Shown here piece by piece: positions 7,674 to 16,970 of a stretch of DNA of 48,464 nt; the first letter of the stretch is position 1, and each line of letters opens with the position of its first letter. Source of the DNA: an uncultured Candidatus Saccharibacteria bacterium (GTDB lineage Bacteria > Patescibacteriota > Minisyncoccia > Minisyncoccales > UBA1441); the NCBI GenBank assembly GCA_964623505.1, contig CAZUSP010000002.1, forward strand, positions 1 through 48,464. The letters are read 5' to 3'. Both the position numbers and the translations under genes were made by a program. Below the pieces are notes generated by a model. That model did not search any database, had not been told where the DNA came from, and saw only the letters and a program-made list of their open reading frames with translations.

Positions 7674-8516
7674 ATGAACAAGCTAATTATTGTTAAAAGC
7701 AAACACTTGGGCCCGTGTTTTGGCATTCAAAGAGCTCAGTGTATGGTTTTTCAAAAAAAGAACATTGGGCCGATGTTGATTATGGGCAAACTTGCTCATA
7801 ATAGGGAAGTCATTTGTTTGTCCCAGAGAAGGGGAGTAAAGGAAATAAAAAGTTTCAAAAATTTATCAAAGGGAACGGTTGTCTTCGCCCCTCATGGGGC
7901 TAAACCCAAAGACTATATTCAAGCCAAGAAAAAGAACCTAAAAATTATCGATACTACTTGTCCTCAAGTAATGAAGGTGCAAAGAATTGTTAAAGATTGT
8001 CTTGACCAGGGGCAAGAAATCATTATCTTCGGAGACAAGAAGCATAAAGAGGTTGAAAACATAAATGCTTGGGCTCGGAACAGAGCCATCGTTATAAATA
8101 GTCTGCGAGATTCAGTTCAGATAAAATTGAACAAAGACAAAACCTACGGCCTTGTTTCTCAAACCACTAAAGTTGCGGATGAATATGATCGCATATCAAA
8201 GATTCTTAAAAAGAGGCTGGGGAGTCGATGCGTAGTTTATATGACAATCTGTCCAATTGTTGAAAGACGACAAGATGAAGCTATCCGCTTATCCAAGAAA
8301 AATGATCTAGTTATTGTTGTCGGCAGCAAGAAAAGCTCGAACTCAAAAAGCCTTTACAAAGTGGCTAGCATCCAGAGCCGGTGCTACCTCGTTGAAGACG
8401 AAAAAGATCTTGATGAAAGATGGTTTCAAGACGTAAAAAGAGTGGCCATTGTTTCAGGAACCTCAACTCCTGAAACAACTATTAGGCGAGTGATCAAAGA
8501 AATTCAAAAATGGTAG
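7674..8516 (+). CDS. ispH: 4-hydroxy-3-methylbut-2-enyl diphosphate reductase (IspH/LytB)
   Basis: The three cluster Cys contexts are present (GPCFGIQRA, DTTCPQV, TICPIVERRQ), plus SSNSKSL and SGTSTPE motifs. I prefer the ATG at 7674 over the TTG at 7665. Confidence 0.85.
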   Translation: MNKLIIVKSKHLGPCFGIQRAQCMVFQKKNIGPMLIMGKLAHNREVICLSQRRGVKEIKSFKNLSKGTVVFAPHGAKPKDYIQAKKKNLKIIDTTCPQVMKVQRIVKDCLDQGQEIIIFGDKKHKEVENINAWARNRAIVINSLRDSVQIKLNKDKTYGLVSQTTKVADEYDRISKILKKRLGSRCVVYMTICPIVERRQDEAIRLSKKNDLVIVVGSKKSSNSKSLYKVASIQSRCYLVEDEKDLDERWFQDVKRVAIVSGTSTPETTIRRVIKEIQKW

Positions 8517-8523
8517 TTTCCTA

Positions 8524-9789
8524 TCAGCAACAATAAAGCTGATCGGGAACTTCGCCTTTCTTTGTTGCCCCAAAAGGATTCCCAAATTTTCTTATCTTCT
8601 CGATCATTTCACGATTGGCCGAGGTTTCAATATTTTCTTGATTCAGGTAGCCCCGAACCTTTTTTATTAATTCAGGTAAGTTGATCTTCATTGGACAGTT
8701 TTCATAACAAGCCGAACAAAGAGTGCAGGCGAAGCAATTGGCCTCTTTGGCCCGAACGAAACCCTCTGAAAAGGCGGCGAAAATTATGCCTCGACTGCCC
8801 AAATATCGGTCTCCGTATTTTTGTCCGATCTGATGGAAAACAGGGCAAAAATTAAGGCAAGCTCCGCAGTTTAAGCAGTGTAAAAGATCGGCCAGCCCTT
8901 TTTCTATTAGCTTACTGCGGCCATTATCAATTAAAATCAAATTGACCTCTTTGGCTCCTTGAGCACCGGTTATCAATTTATTCTCCACGTCGGCCGTCTT
9001 GGATGGTCCGGAAATAATAGAGACATAACTGGGAAAGGACTGTCCGGTGCCCCATATAGCCGAAGCCCGAACAATGTTCATGGCTTCAGAAAGATCATGG
9101 ACAATTTTTTCAAATCCCGAAAGAATAATATGCGTCTTGGGAATCCGGGAGATCAGAGAGATGTTGCCCTCGTTTTCCAGCAGAACTATTCGTCCATCGG
9201 CCGTGATGACATTAGCTCCCGTAATGGCCGCTTCGGCTTCCATTATTTTGGTTCGAATGATATCGCGAGCATATGAGATTATAGATTCAGGATCAGGTGA
9301 TATTTCTCGGCCGGTCTTGTCTTTAATTGTTCGAGCAATGGTCTCGGCTGAAAGATGAATTGCCGGCAAAACAGGATGAACTCCGCTCTCTCCGGCCATT
9401 TCAACAATAAAGTCACCAAGATCGGTTTCGGTCACTTGTTTATCAGATAAAAATCCATTAATCTTGATCTCATTAAAGACATTGCTTTTGGCTTTGACAA
9501 TTTTTTCTTTGTTCATCAAGAGACGATTGATTATCTCGCGAGCCTCTTGACTATCCTTGGCTAAAAAAACATTGATGCCATTATCTTTCAGGACGCCAAT
9601 GGCTTTTTCTTGCAAAGCCTTAATATTGTTTATGGCTCCAGTTTTTATTTCCGATAATCGCTGACGATATTCGTCATAATCTAGTCCCTGATCGTGAAGA
9701 GCTCGTCCTCTTTTTCGTCGATAATCGTCAAAAACCCTTTGCATGGCCACTCGTTTTTCTGAAACAATAAAATTATTCGATTCGTTCAT
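8524..9789 (-). CDS. LUD-domain / 2x[4Fe-4S] protein (LutB/YkgF-like)
   Basis: 421 aa. LUD-type N-terminal two-thirds, then CLNCGACLNFCP and CTLCSACYENCP ferredoxin motifs. Confidence 0.75.
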   Translation of the reverse strand: MNESNNFIVSEKRVAMQRVFDDYRRKRGRALHDQGLDYDEYRQRLSEIKTGAINNIKALQEKAIGVLKDNGINVFLAKDSQEAREIINRLLMNKEKIVKAKSNVFNEIKINGFLSDKQVTETDLGDFIVEMAGESGVHPVLPAIHLSAETIARTIKDKTGREISPDPESIISYARDIIRTKIMEAEAAITGANVITADGRIVLLENEGNISLISRIPKTHIILSGFEKIVHDLSEAMNIVRASAIWGTGQSFPSYVSIISGPSKTADVENKLITGAQGAKEVNLILIDNGRSKLIEKGLADLLHCLNCGACLNFCPVFHQIGQKYGDRYLGSRGIIFAAFSEGFVRAKEANCFACTLCSACYENCPMKINLPELIKKVRGYLNQENIETSANREMIEKIRKFGNPFGATKKGEVPDQLYCC

Positions 9790-10531
9790 AATTAATAGAA
9801 TCTTCCAGTAATTCTGTTAATTCCATCACTTTAATCTTGTTTTTGGAAGTCAAACTATTTTGACGAAGGTGCAAATAGCATAACGAGCAAGCCGTGCACA
9901 ATATTTCAGCCTTTGTTGAAGCAGCTTGGTCAATCCGACTTTGAGAGATTCGATTGGCTAACTCTGGTTCATTGGAGTAAACTCCGCCTCCGCCTCCGCA
10001 ACATCTACTGTCTCGACGGCTGTATGGCATCTCTAACAAATCGTAACCGCATCCTTTGATTAGTTCTCGAGGTTCATTATAGACGCCCATTTGGCGGCCA
10101 AGATGGCATGGGTCATGATAAGTGACCCGGCCATGACGAGGGTTCAGTTTAATCTTTTTTTCAATGAATGTCTGGTAAAAAACCTGGCTGGTGTGGTTTA
10201 CTTTAATTTTCCAAACTGAACCAAGGACCTCTGAATAATTTTTGGTAAAAATCATAAAACAGGCCGGGCAGTTGGTAATGATCCTGGTGACACCGTGGTC
10301 GGTCAGCAGTTTATGGTTTTGTTTGGCTAGATGATGGAAATCTTCAGGGTAGCCAGCTTTAAGAGCTGGCGATCCGCAACAAAGTTCAAGCTCGGATAGG
10401 GAGATGAAATCTATTCCTATCTTTCTTAATAACTTCTCGTTCTTGGCTTGCAGGTCTATCGCGACGAACTTGGTCAGGCATCCGGGATAATAAATAGTAT
10501 TACCGGCCAATATTTTGCTTAAAATGCTCAT
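9773..10531 (-). CDS. (Fe-S)-binding oxidoreductase with two CCG cysteine-rich domains (LutA/YkgE/HdrD-like)
   Basis: 252 aa. YYPGC...CCGSP and YHDPCHLGR...CCGGGGG motifs. Confidence 0.8.
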   Translation of the reverse strand: MSILSKILAGNTIYYPGCLTKFVAIDLQAKNEKLLRKIGIDFISLSELELCCGSPALKAGYPEDFHHLAKQNHKLLTDHGVTRIITNCPACFMIFTKNYSEVLGSVWKIKVNHTSQVFYQTFIEKKIKLNPRHGRVTYHDPCHLGRQMGVYNEPRELIKGCGYDLLEMPYSRRDSRCCGGGGGVYSNEPELANRISQSRIDQAASTKAEILCTACSLCYLHLRQNSLTSKNKIKVMELTELLEDSINYERIE

Positions 10532-10532
10532 A

Positions 10533-11705
10533 TCACATCCAGCCCATTAATAGAGAAATGCCCAAGAACAACAATATTATTCCCGAAACTAATCTCATGT
10601 ACTTTCTGAACTTGAGACGCCAAGCTTCGGCTTGATCAACTTTCAGTAAAACAAAGGCGACCAGGCCAATGATGATTAGCATGGGAACGATGTAGAAGAA
10701 GTTATAGGCAACCAAATAAGGAAGAGCCGCCAGGCCGCTTATTTGCTGTTGGGCCAAAACAATTGTGTAGGCCAAGGGAATGCCGGCGCTGCAAGGAATC
10801 TCTACCAGCGAGGCCAATGCACCCAGGATAATAGCCGAAGGAATAGTGCCTTTCTGGATTAATTTTTTAATGGCTGGTTTGGTTTTGTTTGGAATTTCCA
10901 ATGAGATCCAGCGACCGTAATAAAAAAAGTCTTTCAGCATAATCAACCCAGCGACCAAAACAATAATGGCCACAAATATTTTGATCCGATAAACGACTCC
11001 GATCAGGGTAATTAGATTTAAAATACCGAGCATAAACATAAGGTAGATCGCAAAGACAGTTAAAGCAAAGATTAGGCCTGTCTTCACGGCTTTTCTTCTT
11101 GAGCCGATGGCCAAAAGATATGTTAGCAAGAAGAACAAAACCGAGAGAGTGCAAGGATTTATGCCGTCAATTAAGCCAAGTCCGATGGCCAGCCAGGGCA
11201 GAGAAGACTCGGCTGATATGCCTATGTCCCGGCCGAATAAACTTAACTCGAATAAAGTATCATCCAGAGCGGAATCACCCTTTTCGATGGGCAATGCTTG
11301 GTCACCGGAAATTCTTTCCAAAGGAGAGGGGCATTCTTGGATCAAACAATTTTCAACAATATTTTTAATATCCCGACCAGTGGTTCGGACGCCTTCAAAG
11401 CCAGTAATAACTTTGTCTCCGATAAAGGTTATTGGGATTCCGCGGACATTCACCTGGTAAGCGGCGGCCATTTTCTGGAAAAGTTCCTGGTTTTTCCGAT
11501 TCCGATAAACCTCAAAATCCCGAATGACTAATTCTGGATACTCTTCAGCCAATTCAGCCAAAAACACTTTTTGGTTTTCACAGTGAGAACAACCCATTCC
11601 CCAGAAGAAATAAAGCTCAATCGATGGTTCGTTCGATTCAACTGGAAACCGGGGAGTCAAGATTAAGAACAAAGAAATAAAAAAGAGAGCCTTTTTCCAA
11701 CTCAT
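10533..11705 (-). CDS. fusion of an exported thioredoxin/glutaredoxin-like domain (CSHC) with a CcdA/DsbD-type transmembrane electron-transfer domain
   Basis: Signal peptide, then WGMGCSHCENQ. The polytopic domain carries the two conserved Cys contexts INPCTLSVL and IPCSAGIP. Confidence 0.75.
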   Translation of the reverse strand: MSWKKALFFISLFLILTPRFPVESNEPSIELYFFWGMGCSHCENQKVFLAELAEEYPELVIRDFEVYRNRKNQELFQKMAAAYQVNVRGIPITFIGDKVITGFEGVRTTGRDIKNIVENCLIQECPSPLERISGDQALPIEKGDSALDDTLFELSLFGRDIGISAESSLPWLAIGLGLIDGINPCTLSVLFFLLTYLLAIGSRRKAVKTGLIFALTVFAIYLMFMLGILNLITLIGVVYRIKIFVAIIVLVAGLIMLKDFFYYGRWISLEIPNKTKPAIKKLIQKGTIPSAIILGALASLVEIPCSAGIPLAYTIVLAQQQISGLAALPYLVAYNFFYIVPMLIIIGLVAFVLLKVDQAEAWRLKFRKYMRLVSGIILLFLGISLLMGWM

Positions 11706-11799
11706 GCTATAAAGAATTATTCAACTATCAAAGATAATATCAAAAATATGATCGAGAAGCAAATTGCCGAAAAAAGTTTTTATAGTAAAATGAGTTATT

Positions 11800-12405
11800 A
11801 TGACTAAAGAAAAGGGTAAATTTATCGCTTTTGAGGGGTTGGACGGTTCGGGGCAAACCACTCAAGCGGCCAAATTGGTTGATCATTTAAACCGGAAGGG
11901 GAGAGCCGTTCACCTCACCAAAGAGCCAACCAACAGCCTAATCGGTGGACTGGTTCGAGGGCAGCTAACTCACGATTGGGAATCAAGTCCAGAATGTCTG
12001 CAACTGCTTTTCGCGGCTGATCGAGCTCATCATTTAAAAAAAGAGATCTTGCCTTTGTTAGAGCAGGGGGTGACCGTTGTCACCGATCGATATTTTTTCT
12101 CAACTATTGCCTTTGGCTCTACCGAGATAGATGACTGGGAGTGGCTGAAATTAATTAATAAGCCATTTCTTTATCCGGATCTGGTTCTATTGATTAAAGC
12201 CAGCCCGGAAACATGTTTTAATCGGATCAAGCAAAGTCGTTTTGGTTTTGAACTTTTCGAAGAAACAAAGATCCTGCGAAAGGTTTGGGCCGGGTATGAA
12301 AAGATACTCCAGGAGTTTGATAAAATAGAGCTTATTGACGGAGAAAAACTGAAAGAAGAGGTCTTTTCTCAAGTAGTGGCTGTTTATGAGCGATATTTTA
12401 ATTGA
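11800..12405 (+). CDS. tmk: thymidylate kinase
   Basis: FIAFEGLDGSGQTTQ P-loop, DRYFFST motif, 201 aa. Confidence 0.88.
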   Translation: MTKEKGKFIAFEGLDGSGQTTQAAKLVDHLNRKGRAVHLTKEPTNSLIGGLVRGQLTHDWESSPECLQLLFAADRAHHLKKEILPLLEQGVTVVTDRYFFSTIAFGSTEIDDWEWLKLINKPFLYPDLVLLIKASPETCFNRIKQSRFGFELFEETKILRKVWAGYEKILQEFDKIELIDGEKLKEEVFSQVVAVYERYFN

Positions 12406-12457
12406 TAGAGCCCCCTTTATTTGTTAAAATTAACTGGTTAACGTTAATTATAAAGCG

Positions 12458-13135
12458 ATGGCGCAATTAAATTTACAAGAGATAATCACCCGAATTTTGT
12501 CTTCGTTCTTAGAACAGCTGCCTTCTTTGTTTTTTATTCTGGTTATTTTTTTGATCGGTTGTCTGGTTGCTTTCTGGCTGGGCAAATTAGCAACTAGGAT
12601 CTTAAAGAAAATGCACGTCGATCATCTTTTTAAGAAAAACAGCTGGAAGCAAGGTCTAGAGAAATCCGGGATTAAAAGCGGCCTTTCGGATGCGGCCGGT
12701 TGGGTAGTTAGATGGATCTTAATAATTCTTTTTATGGCCATGGCGATCGAGGCTCTCGGTTTTTCGAATGTGGCCGCTTTTTTAATGAGTGTTGTTCGCT
12801 GGCTGCCTAACTTATTAATCGCTATTCTAATCTTTATCTCCGCCGCCATTTTGACTGACATGGCCGGCAATGTTATCAGGATATCCATTGACTGGATAGA
12901 CAGCAGCTATGCTTTTATCGCTGAAAAGATATCTCGATGGGCCATCTGGGGCTTGGCCATTTTAGTTATTCTCAAGCAGGTAGGCATTGCTCCCGAAATG
13001 ACAATTATTTTATTTCAGGGGCTGATTTATTTTCTAGTTCTTTCTTTTGGTCTGGCTTTTGGATTGGGCGGGCAGGAAGTCGCCCGTGATTTCTTGAGAA
13101 GCCTTCAAAATAAAATTAAGAAAAAACAAGAATGA
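12458..13135 (+). CDS. membrane protein with conserved-TM-helix repeats (MscS-N-terminal-like)
   Basis: 225 aa with four or five hydrophobic helices and a repeated architecture. No catalytic motifs seen. Confidence 0.5.
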   Translation: MAQLNLQEIITRILSSFLEQLPSLFFILVIFLIGCLVAFWLGKLATRILKKMHVDHLFKKNSWKQGLEKSGIKSGLSDAAGWVVRWILIILFMAMAIEALGFSNVAAFLMSVVRWLPNLLIAILIFISAAILTDMAGNVIRISIDWIDSSYAFIAEKISRWAIWGLAILVILKQVGIAPEMTIILFQGLIYFLVLSFGLAFGLGGQEVARDFLRSLQNKIKKKQE

Positions 13136-13497
13136 AAAAGATCCTTTTGGTGGAAGATGAAGAAACGCTTATTCGAATGTACGAGGAAAAGTTCGAAAGG
13201 GCCGGCTTTAAGGTGAAAGTGGCTCGGACCGCCGAAGAAGGAATTGAGATGATCATGGGCGAAAGGCCGGATCTGGTTATTTTGGACATTATTTTGCCAA
13301 ATAAAAATGGCATCTATTTTCTGGAAAAGATCAGGGAAGACAAATCCCTGAACGATCTTCCCATAATTGTTTTCTCTAATTACGACAATCCGGAAGCCGA
13401 AAAGGCAGTGAAAAAATTAGGTGTTGATGATTACATCATCAAAGCGAATCACGATCCGGAAGAGATAATCAAAGCAATTGAAGAGAAATTATCCTAA
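13132..13497 (+). CDS. stand-alone response-regulator receiver (CheY-like) protein
   Basis: KILLVEDEE..., DLVILDIILP (phospho-acceptor Asp), IIVFSN, IIKAN. 121 aa. Its ATGA overlaps the upstream gene. Confidence 0.85.
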   Translation: MKKILLVEDEETLIRMYEEKFERAGFKVKVARTAEEGIEMIMGERPDLVILDIILPNKNGIYFLEKIREDKSLNDLPIIVFSNYDNPEAEKAVKKLGVDDYIIKANHDPEEIIKAIEEKLS

Positions 13498-13499
13498 AG

Positions 13500-14882
13500 A
13501 TGAAAAGAATTGTTGTGGCCCAGGCGTCTGAATATATCGGACAGAGGGTCCGGGTATCTGGGTGGGTAAACGGCTGCCGGGATCACGGCCAGGTTATTTT
13601 TGTTGATTTAAGGGATAGAACTGGGATTATCCAGGTGTTTTGTTCCAAAAAGATCGATCAGGCCCATAAATTGAGATCGGAGTGGGTGGTTGAAATAGCC
13701 GGTCAAATCTCAGAAAGACCCGAAAGCATGATTAATCACGATTCTTTTCTCGGAAAGATTGAAATGCAGGCGGAAGAGATAAAAGTTCTGAGTCAAGCCG
13801 AGACTCCGCCCTTTGAATTAAAGGGAGATGGGTATGGGCTGAATGAAGAAATCCGTCTGAAATATCGCTATTTGGACCTAAGAAGACCAAGGTTGCAACG
13901 AAATCTATCGGCCAGACACCAGATATTTCATCTGGCTCGCTGTTTTCTGGTTGAGAATGGTTTTCGAGAGGTAGATACGCCGATATTGGCCCGATCTACT
14001 CCCGAGGGAGCCCGAGATTTTGTTGTTCCTTCCAGACACTATCCAGGTTCATTCTACGCCCTGCCTCAAAGCCCTCAACAATACAAACAATTGTTGATGG
14101 TCGCTGGCGTGGAGCGATATTTCCAGATTGCCCGCTGTTTTCGAGATGAGGATTTTCGAGCCGACCGACAGGCTGAATTTACTCAACTGGATATCGAGAT
14201 GTCATTTATCGAACAGGAAGATATTTTATCTTTGATTGAGGATTTGTTCAAACAACTGGTCGAAAAAGTCTTTCCTGAAAAAAAGATAAAAGATTTTCCT
14301 TTTCCTCGACTGACCTATGGCGAAGTGATGAAAAAATATCATAGCGATCGACCCGATCTTCGTTCCCGCCAAGACGACCAAGAATTAGCTTTTGCTTTCG
14401 TGGTTGACTTCCCAATGTTCGAAAAACAAACCAATCGGGCCGGCTGGGCTCCGGTTCACCATCCGTTCACCCGGCCTCAGAATGAAAACATTGATGAAAT
14501 TAAACGAGCTCCTGGTCAGATCAAGGCTTTTCAATATGATCTAGTGTTGAATGGTTCAGAAATAGGCGGGGGCAGTCTAAGAACTTATCGGCCAGAAATG
14601 CTTCAAGCTGTTTTTCAGATCCTGGGCCATCGAGACGAGGAGATAGCCAATAATTTTGGACATTTATTAGAGGCTTTTAGTTATGGGGTTCCGCCTCACG
14701 GAGGCATCGCTATCGGTCTGGATCGGTTTTTATCAATTGTCTTAAACGAGAAAAACATTCGCGAAGTTATTGCTTTTCCGAAAACAGAAGGAGGTCGGGA
14801 GCTGATGACCAGCGCCCCGGCGCCAATTGCTTCCGAGCAATTAACCGAATTGCGGCTGAAATTAAACAAAAATGATCGGTAA
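13500..14882 (+). CDS. aspS: aspartyl-tRNA synthetase, bacterial-type sequence lacking the GAD insertion domain
   Basis: FVDLRDRTGIIQV OB fold, QSPQQYKQLLM, FRDEDFRADRQAEFTQLDIEMSF (motif 2), GIAIGLDRF (motif 3). Only 460 aa. Confidence 0.9.
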   Translation: MKRIVVAQASEYIGQRVRVSGWVNGCRDHGQVIFVDLRDRTGIIQVFCSKKIDQAHKLRSEWVVEIAGQISERPESMINHDSFLGKIEMQAEEIKVLSQAETPPFELKGDGYGLNEEIRLKYRYLDLRRPRLQRNLSARHQIFHLARCFLVENGFREVDTPILARSTPEGARDFVVPSRHYPGSFYALPQSPQQYKQLLMVAGVERYFQIARCFRDEDFRADRQAEFTQLDIEMSFIEQEDILSLIEDLFKQLVEKVFPEKKIKDFPFPRLTYGEVMKKYHSDRPDLRSRQDDQELAFAFVVDFPMFEKQTNRAGWAPVHHPFTRPQNENIDEIKRAPGQIKAFQYDLVLNGSEIGGGSLRTYRPEMLQAVFQILGHRDEEIANNFGHLLEAFSYGVPPHGGIAIGLDRFLSIVLNEKNIREVIAFPKTEGGRELMTSAPAPIASEQLTELRLKLNKNDR

Positions 14883-15918
14883 GATTTTTCAAAAGAACAT
14901 TGGCGGGAATAAATCAAGAAAAATCAGCTTCGGCATCCTTATTCCCAGTCATCGTGAAAAGATATTTATCTTTTGGGGGATTTTGATTGTTGCTTTCTTT
15001 TCCGCCTTTTTCCGGCCAATGATTGAAAACTATTTTTATTGGCAGGCTGTTGGCCCGGAGTTATTGATGGCTCGGAGTCAAAATCAGGCTGAAAGACTGC
15101 TCGAGGCCTATCAGCCGATTAGAAATTGGTCGGTCCCGGAACCAGATATTTCTGCCCGCTCCGCCTCGATTATTGAAGTTTACCCCAGTGGGGCAGTGAA
15201 GACCCTCTTGGCCAAAAATGTCGATCATCCATATCCGATTGCCAGCATTACTAAGTTAATGACAGCCATGGTCTCCGTCGATCTGTACGATCTTAATAGA
15301 ACAACCATCATTTCTTGGTCAGCGGCTAATCAGATAGACACCGGTGTTTTGAGGGAAGGAGACCAGCTGACTGTTCGGGATTTGATCTATTTGATTCTTA
15401 TGGAGTCAAATAATGGAGCGGCTCATGCTTTGGCCGAGATCCAGGGAGCGCCTTCTTTTATTCGAGAAATGAACCGCAAAGCCAGTTCTCTGGGCTTGAA
15501 CCAGACTTCTTTCGTCACGGCCAGCGGACTAACCGGAATTAACCAGACGGAAAATTATTCTACGGCCAGGGAGTTAACGAAAATGAGCATCCATCTGTGG
15601 GAACAAGAAGAATATCGGGTGATTCAAGAAGCCTTGATGGCCGAAAGTCATCCTATCTACGACGGCACGGGGGTTTTTTATCACCGGGCCTTCAATAATA
15701 ATCAGTTACTGGACCAATATCGCAGTCTGGTGGGTGGAAAAACAGGTTTTTTGCCAGCAGCCGACCAGTGTCTTCTGTCTGTTTTTAAAAGAAACCAGCT
15801 GGAAGATGTCTATTTGGTGGTGGTCATTTTGGGATCCAACGACCGGTTTGTTGACACCATGACCGTAGTTGAATGGTTGCCGATGGCTTATCTTTACTCT
15901 TACGATTATGGACTTTGA
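14872..15918 (+). CDS. D-alanyl-D-alanine carboxypeptidase (S11, PBP5/6-like)
   Basis: SITK (SxxK), ESNN (SxN), KTGF (KTG), N-terminal TM anchor. Confidence 0.85.
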   Translation: MIGKIFQKNIGGNKSRKISFGILIPSHREKIFIFWGILIVAFFSAFFRPMIENYFYWQAVGPELLMARSQNQAERLLEAYQPIRNWSVPEPDISARSASIIEVYPSGAVKTLLAKNVDHPYPIASITKLMTAMVSVDLYDLNRTTIISWSAANQIDTGVLREGDQLTVRDLIYLILMESNNGAAHALAEIQGAPSFIREMNRKASSLGLNQTSFVTASGLTGINQTENYSTARELTKMSIHLWEQEEYRVIQEALMAESHPIYDGTGVFYHRAFNNNQLLDQYRSLVGGKTGFLPAADQCLLSVFKRNQLEDVYLVVVILGSNDRFVDTMTVVEWLPMAYLYSYDYGL

Positions 15919-16969
15919 ACTAACTTCTTACGCTGGACCTGTTTTTAGAGCTTTGTTTTTATCGGCTTTTACTTTTGTTTTGGCCATGGTTGTTATGCCA
16001 AAGTTTATCAATTTTATTTATCGCCATAAACTTTGGCGAAAGAAAGAAAAAGATCGGGGCATTGACGGCCGAAAATTAGAGGTTGTTTCTAAATTTCACT
16101 CAGGCAAAGCTACCAGCGTGCCTCGGGTCGGCGGTTTGATCGTTTGGATCATTCCGTTGGCGGTAATCCTTTTTGTTTTTTTATGGGATGCCGTTGCGCC
16201 AACAAAATGGAATTTCCTGAATGATTCTTGGGTTGGTCTGCCCCTGGTAGTGCTCATCGCGGCTTCCTTGGTTGGACTTTTTGATGACCTCCTTCAGATC
16301 AGGGGAACCGGTCGGTATGTTGGCGGTGGTCTCAAATTATCATGGCGCATATCCCTAATGTCCCTCATCGGATTAGCAGTGGGCGGATGGATCTACTTTA
16401 AGCTTGGACTCAGCAGCATTGCCGTTCCGGGGCTGGGGTCAATCATGGTAGGTTGGTGGATCATCCCCATATCTATGATTATTATGGTTGCCACTTACAG
16501 CGGCGGCGTCATCGATGGCTTGGATGGACTGGCGGGAGGAACCTTTGCCATTATTTTCACCGCTTTGTCGGTGATTGCTTTTTTCGGTCTGCAATATGAT
16601 TTGGCTGCTTTCAGCCTGGTTCTAGTTGGATCCATTTTGGCATTTTTATGGTTTAACATTCCGCCGGCCGTTTTTTACCTTGGCGAGACTGGCACTATGG
16701 GGCTAGGGGCCACCTTGGCCGTTTTGGTTTTATTAACTAATTCTATTTTTGTCCTGCCCATTATCGGATTTTTGCTTGTTTGGGAATCTAGTTCGGTGAT
16801 TGCTCAATTACTGGCCAAGAAGTTTCTCGGAAGAAAGATATTACTGTCCGCTCCGATTCATCATCATTTTGAAGGAAAAGGCTGGCCGAGCCATCGGGTT
16901 ACCATGAGGTTTTGGATGATTGGATTCATCGCCGCTATCATCGGAGTAGCCATTAGAATTTTGCTCTAA
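15908..16969 (+). CDS. mraY: phospho-N-acetylmuramoyl-pentapeptide transferase
   Basis: GLFDDLLQIRG, VIDGLDGLAGG, GETGTMGLG, PIHHHFE. I prefer the ATG at 15908 (MDFELT...), which overlaps the dac stop by 11 nt. Confidence 0.9.
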   Translation: MDFELTSYAGPVFRALFLSAFTFVLAMVVMPKFINFIYRHKLWRKKEKDRGIDGRKLEVVSKFHSGKATSVPRVGGLIVWIIPLAVILFVFLWDAVAPTKWNFLNDSWVGLPLVVLIAASLVGLFDDLLQIRGTGRYVGGGLKLSWRISLMSLIGLAVGGWIYFKLGLSSIAVPGLGSIMVGWWIIPISMIIMVATYSGGVIDGLDGLAGGTFAIIFTALSVIAFFGLQYDLAAFSLVLVGSILAFLWFNIPPAVFYLGETGTMGLGATLAVLVLLTNSIFVLPIIGFLLVWESSSVIAQLLAKKFLGRKILLSAPIHHHFEGKGWPSHRVTMRFWMIGFIAAIIGVAIRILL

Positions 16970-16970
16970 A

